From a virus (Duplodnaviria > Heunggongvirae > Uroviricota > Caudoviricetes): DNA of 24,974 nucleotides. Within the stretch, counting starts at the first letter, position 1, and each line of letters begins with the position of its first letter. The translations under genes were made by a program, and so were the position numbers. Below are positions 23,679 through 24,974 of the stretch, one piece after another. The notes under the pieces were generated by a model. The model was not told the origin of the DNA. It saw only the letters and a program-made list of their open reading frames with translations, and searched no databases. Location of the stretch: IMG/VR virus record IMGVR_UViG_2778261162_000009. One strand, given 5' to 3'.

Positions 23679-24279
23679 TTCGTTGTTACCACCATCAGCC
23701 AGCAATTTCATGCGTTGTGCCGAAGCCGTCGGAACACGCATTACAGACATTCCGGTAGACCTCAATACGCTGTGGTCGCCGGATACCTGCCCGGTGCATC
23801 TGCTGCCTTATCTCGCCTGGGCGTTTTCCGTTGACCGCTGGGATCGCAACTGGCCGGAAGAGACAAAGCGACAGGTAATTCGTGATGCATGGCTGATACA
23901 CCGACACAAAGGGACCATCAGCGCACTGCGAAGAGCCGTGGAGCCTCTCGGCTACCTGATTGAAGTAAAGGAGTGGTGGCAACTCAACGAGGAGCCAGGA
24001 ACATTTCGCATTGTTGTCGGAGTACTTGATCAGGGCATCACCGATGAAATGTATCAGGAACTTGAGCGCCTTATTGCGGATGCAAAACCAGTAAGTCGCC
24101 ATCTGACGGGGCTGGCGATCAGCCTGAGTGTGAACGGAAAGATTTTCGTTGGTACGGGATGCTATCACGGCGATGCCCTGACGGTTTATCCCTACACCCC
24201 GGAGTCCATTATTGTCGAAGGGGATTATTTCCCTGCCCCGGCCATTCATTTAATTGATAATCTGAGAGTAAACGCATGA
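23671..24279 (+). CDS. I: Baseplate/tail-fibre attachment protein, P2 gpI-like
   Basis: NLLPYLAWAFSVDRWD…HKGTI…AKP motifs match gpI. Confidence 0.85.
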   Translation: MSNSLLPPSASNFMRCAEAVGTRITDIPVDLNTLWSPDTCPVHLLPYLAWAFSVDRWDRNWPEETKRQVIRDAWLIHRHKGTISALRRAVEPLGYLIEVKEWWQLNEEPGTFRIVVGVLDQGITDEMYQELERLIADAKPVSRHLTGLAISLSVNGKIFVGTGCYHGDALTVYPYTPESIIVEGDYFPAPAIHLIDNLRVNA

Positions 24280-24974
24280 CAGTGAAATACTACGCCATTC
24301 TGACTAATCAGGGCGCGGCACGACTGGCTAACGCGACGATGCTCGGCAGTAAGCTGAATCTGACGCAAATGGCCGTTGGTGATGCAAATGGTGTGTTACC
24401 AACACCAGACCCTGCACAAACAAAACTGATTAACCAGAAACGCATTGCACCGCTGAATCTTCTGAGTGTTGACCCTAACAATCAGAGCCAGATTATTGCG
24501 GAGCAAATCATCCCTGAAAACGAGGGAGGATTCTGGATCCGTGAGATTGGTCTTTATGATGATGAAGGTGTACTCATTGCGGTGGCAAACTGCCCGGAAA
24601 CGTACAAACCGCAGTTGCAGGAAGGCAGTGGACGCACCCAGACTATCCGCATGATTCTGGTTGTCACGAACACCGAAGCCATCACGCTGAAAATCGACCC
24701 GTCTGTAGTACTGGCGACCCGTAAATATGTAGATGACAAGGCTCTGGAACTCATTGATGGTGCACCTGCTACGCTGAATACACTGGAAAAAATCGCAAAA
24801 GCAATCAACAACGATCAGGAATTCGACGTCAACATAAACAACGCACTGGCAGGTAAACAACCGCTGGATGAAACACTGACTAATTTAAGCGGGAAAGACG
24901 TGGCCGGTCTTCTCTCATACCTTGGTTTGGGGGAAGGCTCTGCACTGCCCGTTGGTGTACCTGTTCCGTGGCCC
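24276..24974 (+). CDS. H: Tail fibre protein, P2 gpH-like, N-terminal 233 codons; truncated by window end
   Basis: Open frame to window edge (absent from ORF track for lack of a stop); GGFWIRE(I/L)GLYDD…LIAVAN…ETYKP…EGSGR matches gpH N-terminal domain. Confidence 0.85.
   Translation, partial: MTVKYYAILTNQGAARLANATMLGSKLNLTQMAVGDANGVLPTPDPAQTKLINQKRIAPLNLLSVDPNNQSQIIAEQIIPENEGGFWIREIGLYDDEGVLIAVANCPETYKPQLQEGSGRTQTIRMILVVTNTEAITLKIDPSVVLATRKYVDDKALELIDGAPATLNTLEKIAKAINNDQEFDVNINNALAGKQPLDETLTNLSGKDVAGLLSYLGLGEGSALPVGVPVPWP

Noticed and set aside
1-24974. CRISPR array, tRNA/rRNA genes, IS element or LexA box (CTGT-N8-ACAG)
   Set aside because: Scanned by eye: no regularly spaced repeats, no tRNA-like cloverleaf noticed, no transposase ORF or terminal inverted repeats, and no convincing LexA box. 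Not exhaustive without tools.

Overview
This window is about 25 kb of a P2-like (Peduovirus-type) temperate prophage from an enterobacterial host, read from the integrase at the left edge to the 5' part of tail-fibre gene H at the right edge. All calls are from reading the sequence and ORF translations against remembered protein families; no database search was run. Layout: integrase (1-1002, minus), then a leftward operon of an XRE-type repressor plus two AT-rich cargo genes, a divergent lysogeny switch, a rightward early operon of small ORFs ending in a gpA-like rolling-circle replication initiator, an accessory hotspot between gene A and portal gene Q, and then the syntenic P2 late genes (Q, P, O, N, M, L, X, holin, endolysin, spanins, R, S, V, W, J, I, H). 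The most interesting accessory content is: (1) a tail-anchored membrane protein and a secreted protein co-oriented directly behind the repressor gene, with a peptide motif duplicated across the repressor/membrane-protein junction; (2) a ParM/ParR-like actin-type partition pair in an integrase-bearing prophage; (3) a HigB(Gp49)/HigA-like toxin-antitoxin pair; (4) an orphan 174-aa gene wedged against the portal gene; (5) a 320-bp structured non-coding island inside the early operon. Two late/early genes show apparent single-base frameshifts at short homopolymers. No tRNA, rRNA, CRISPR array or IS element was recognised.
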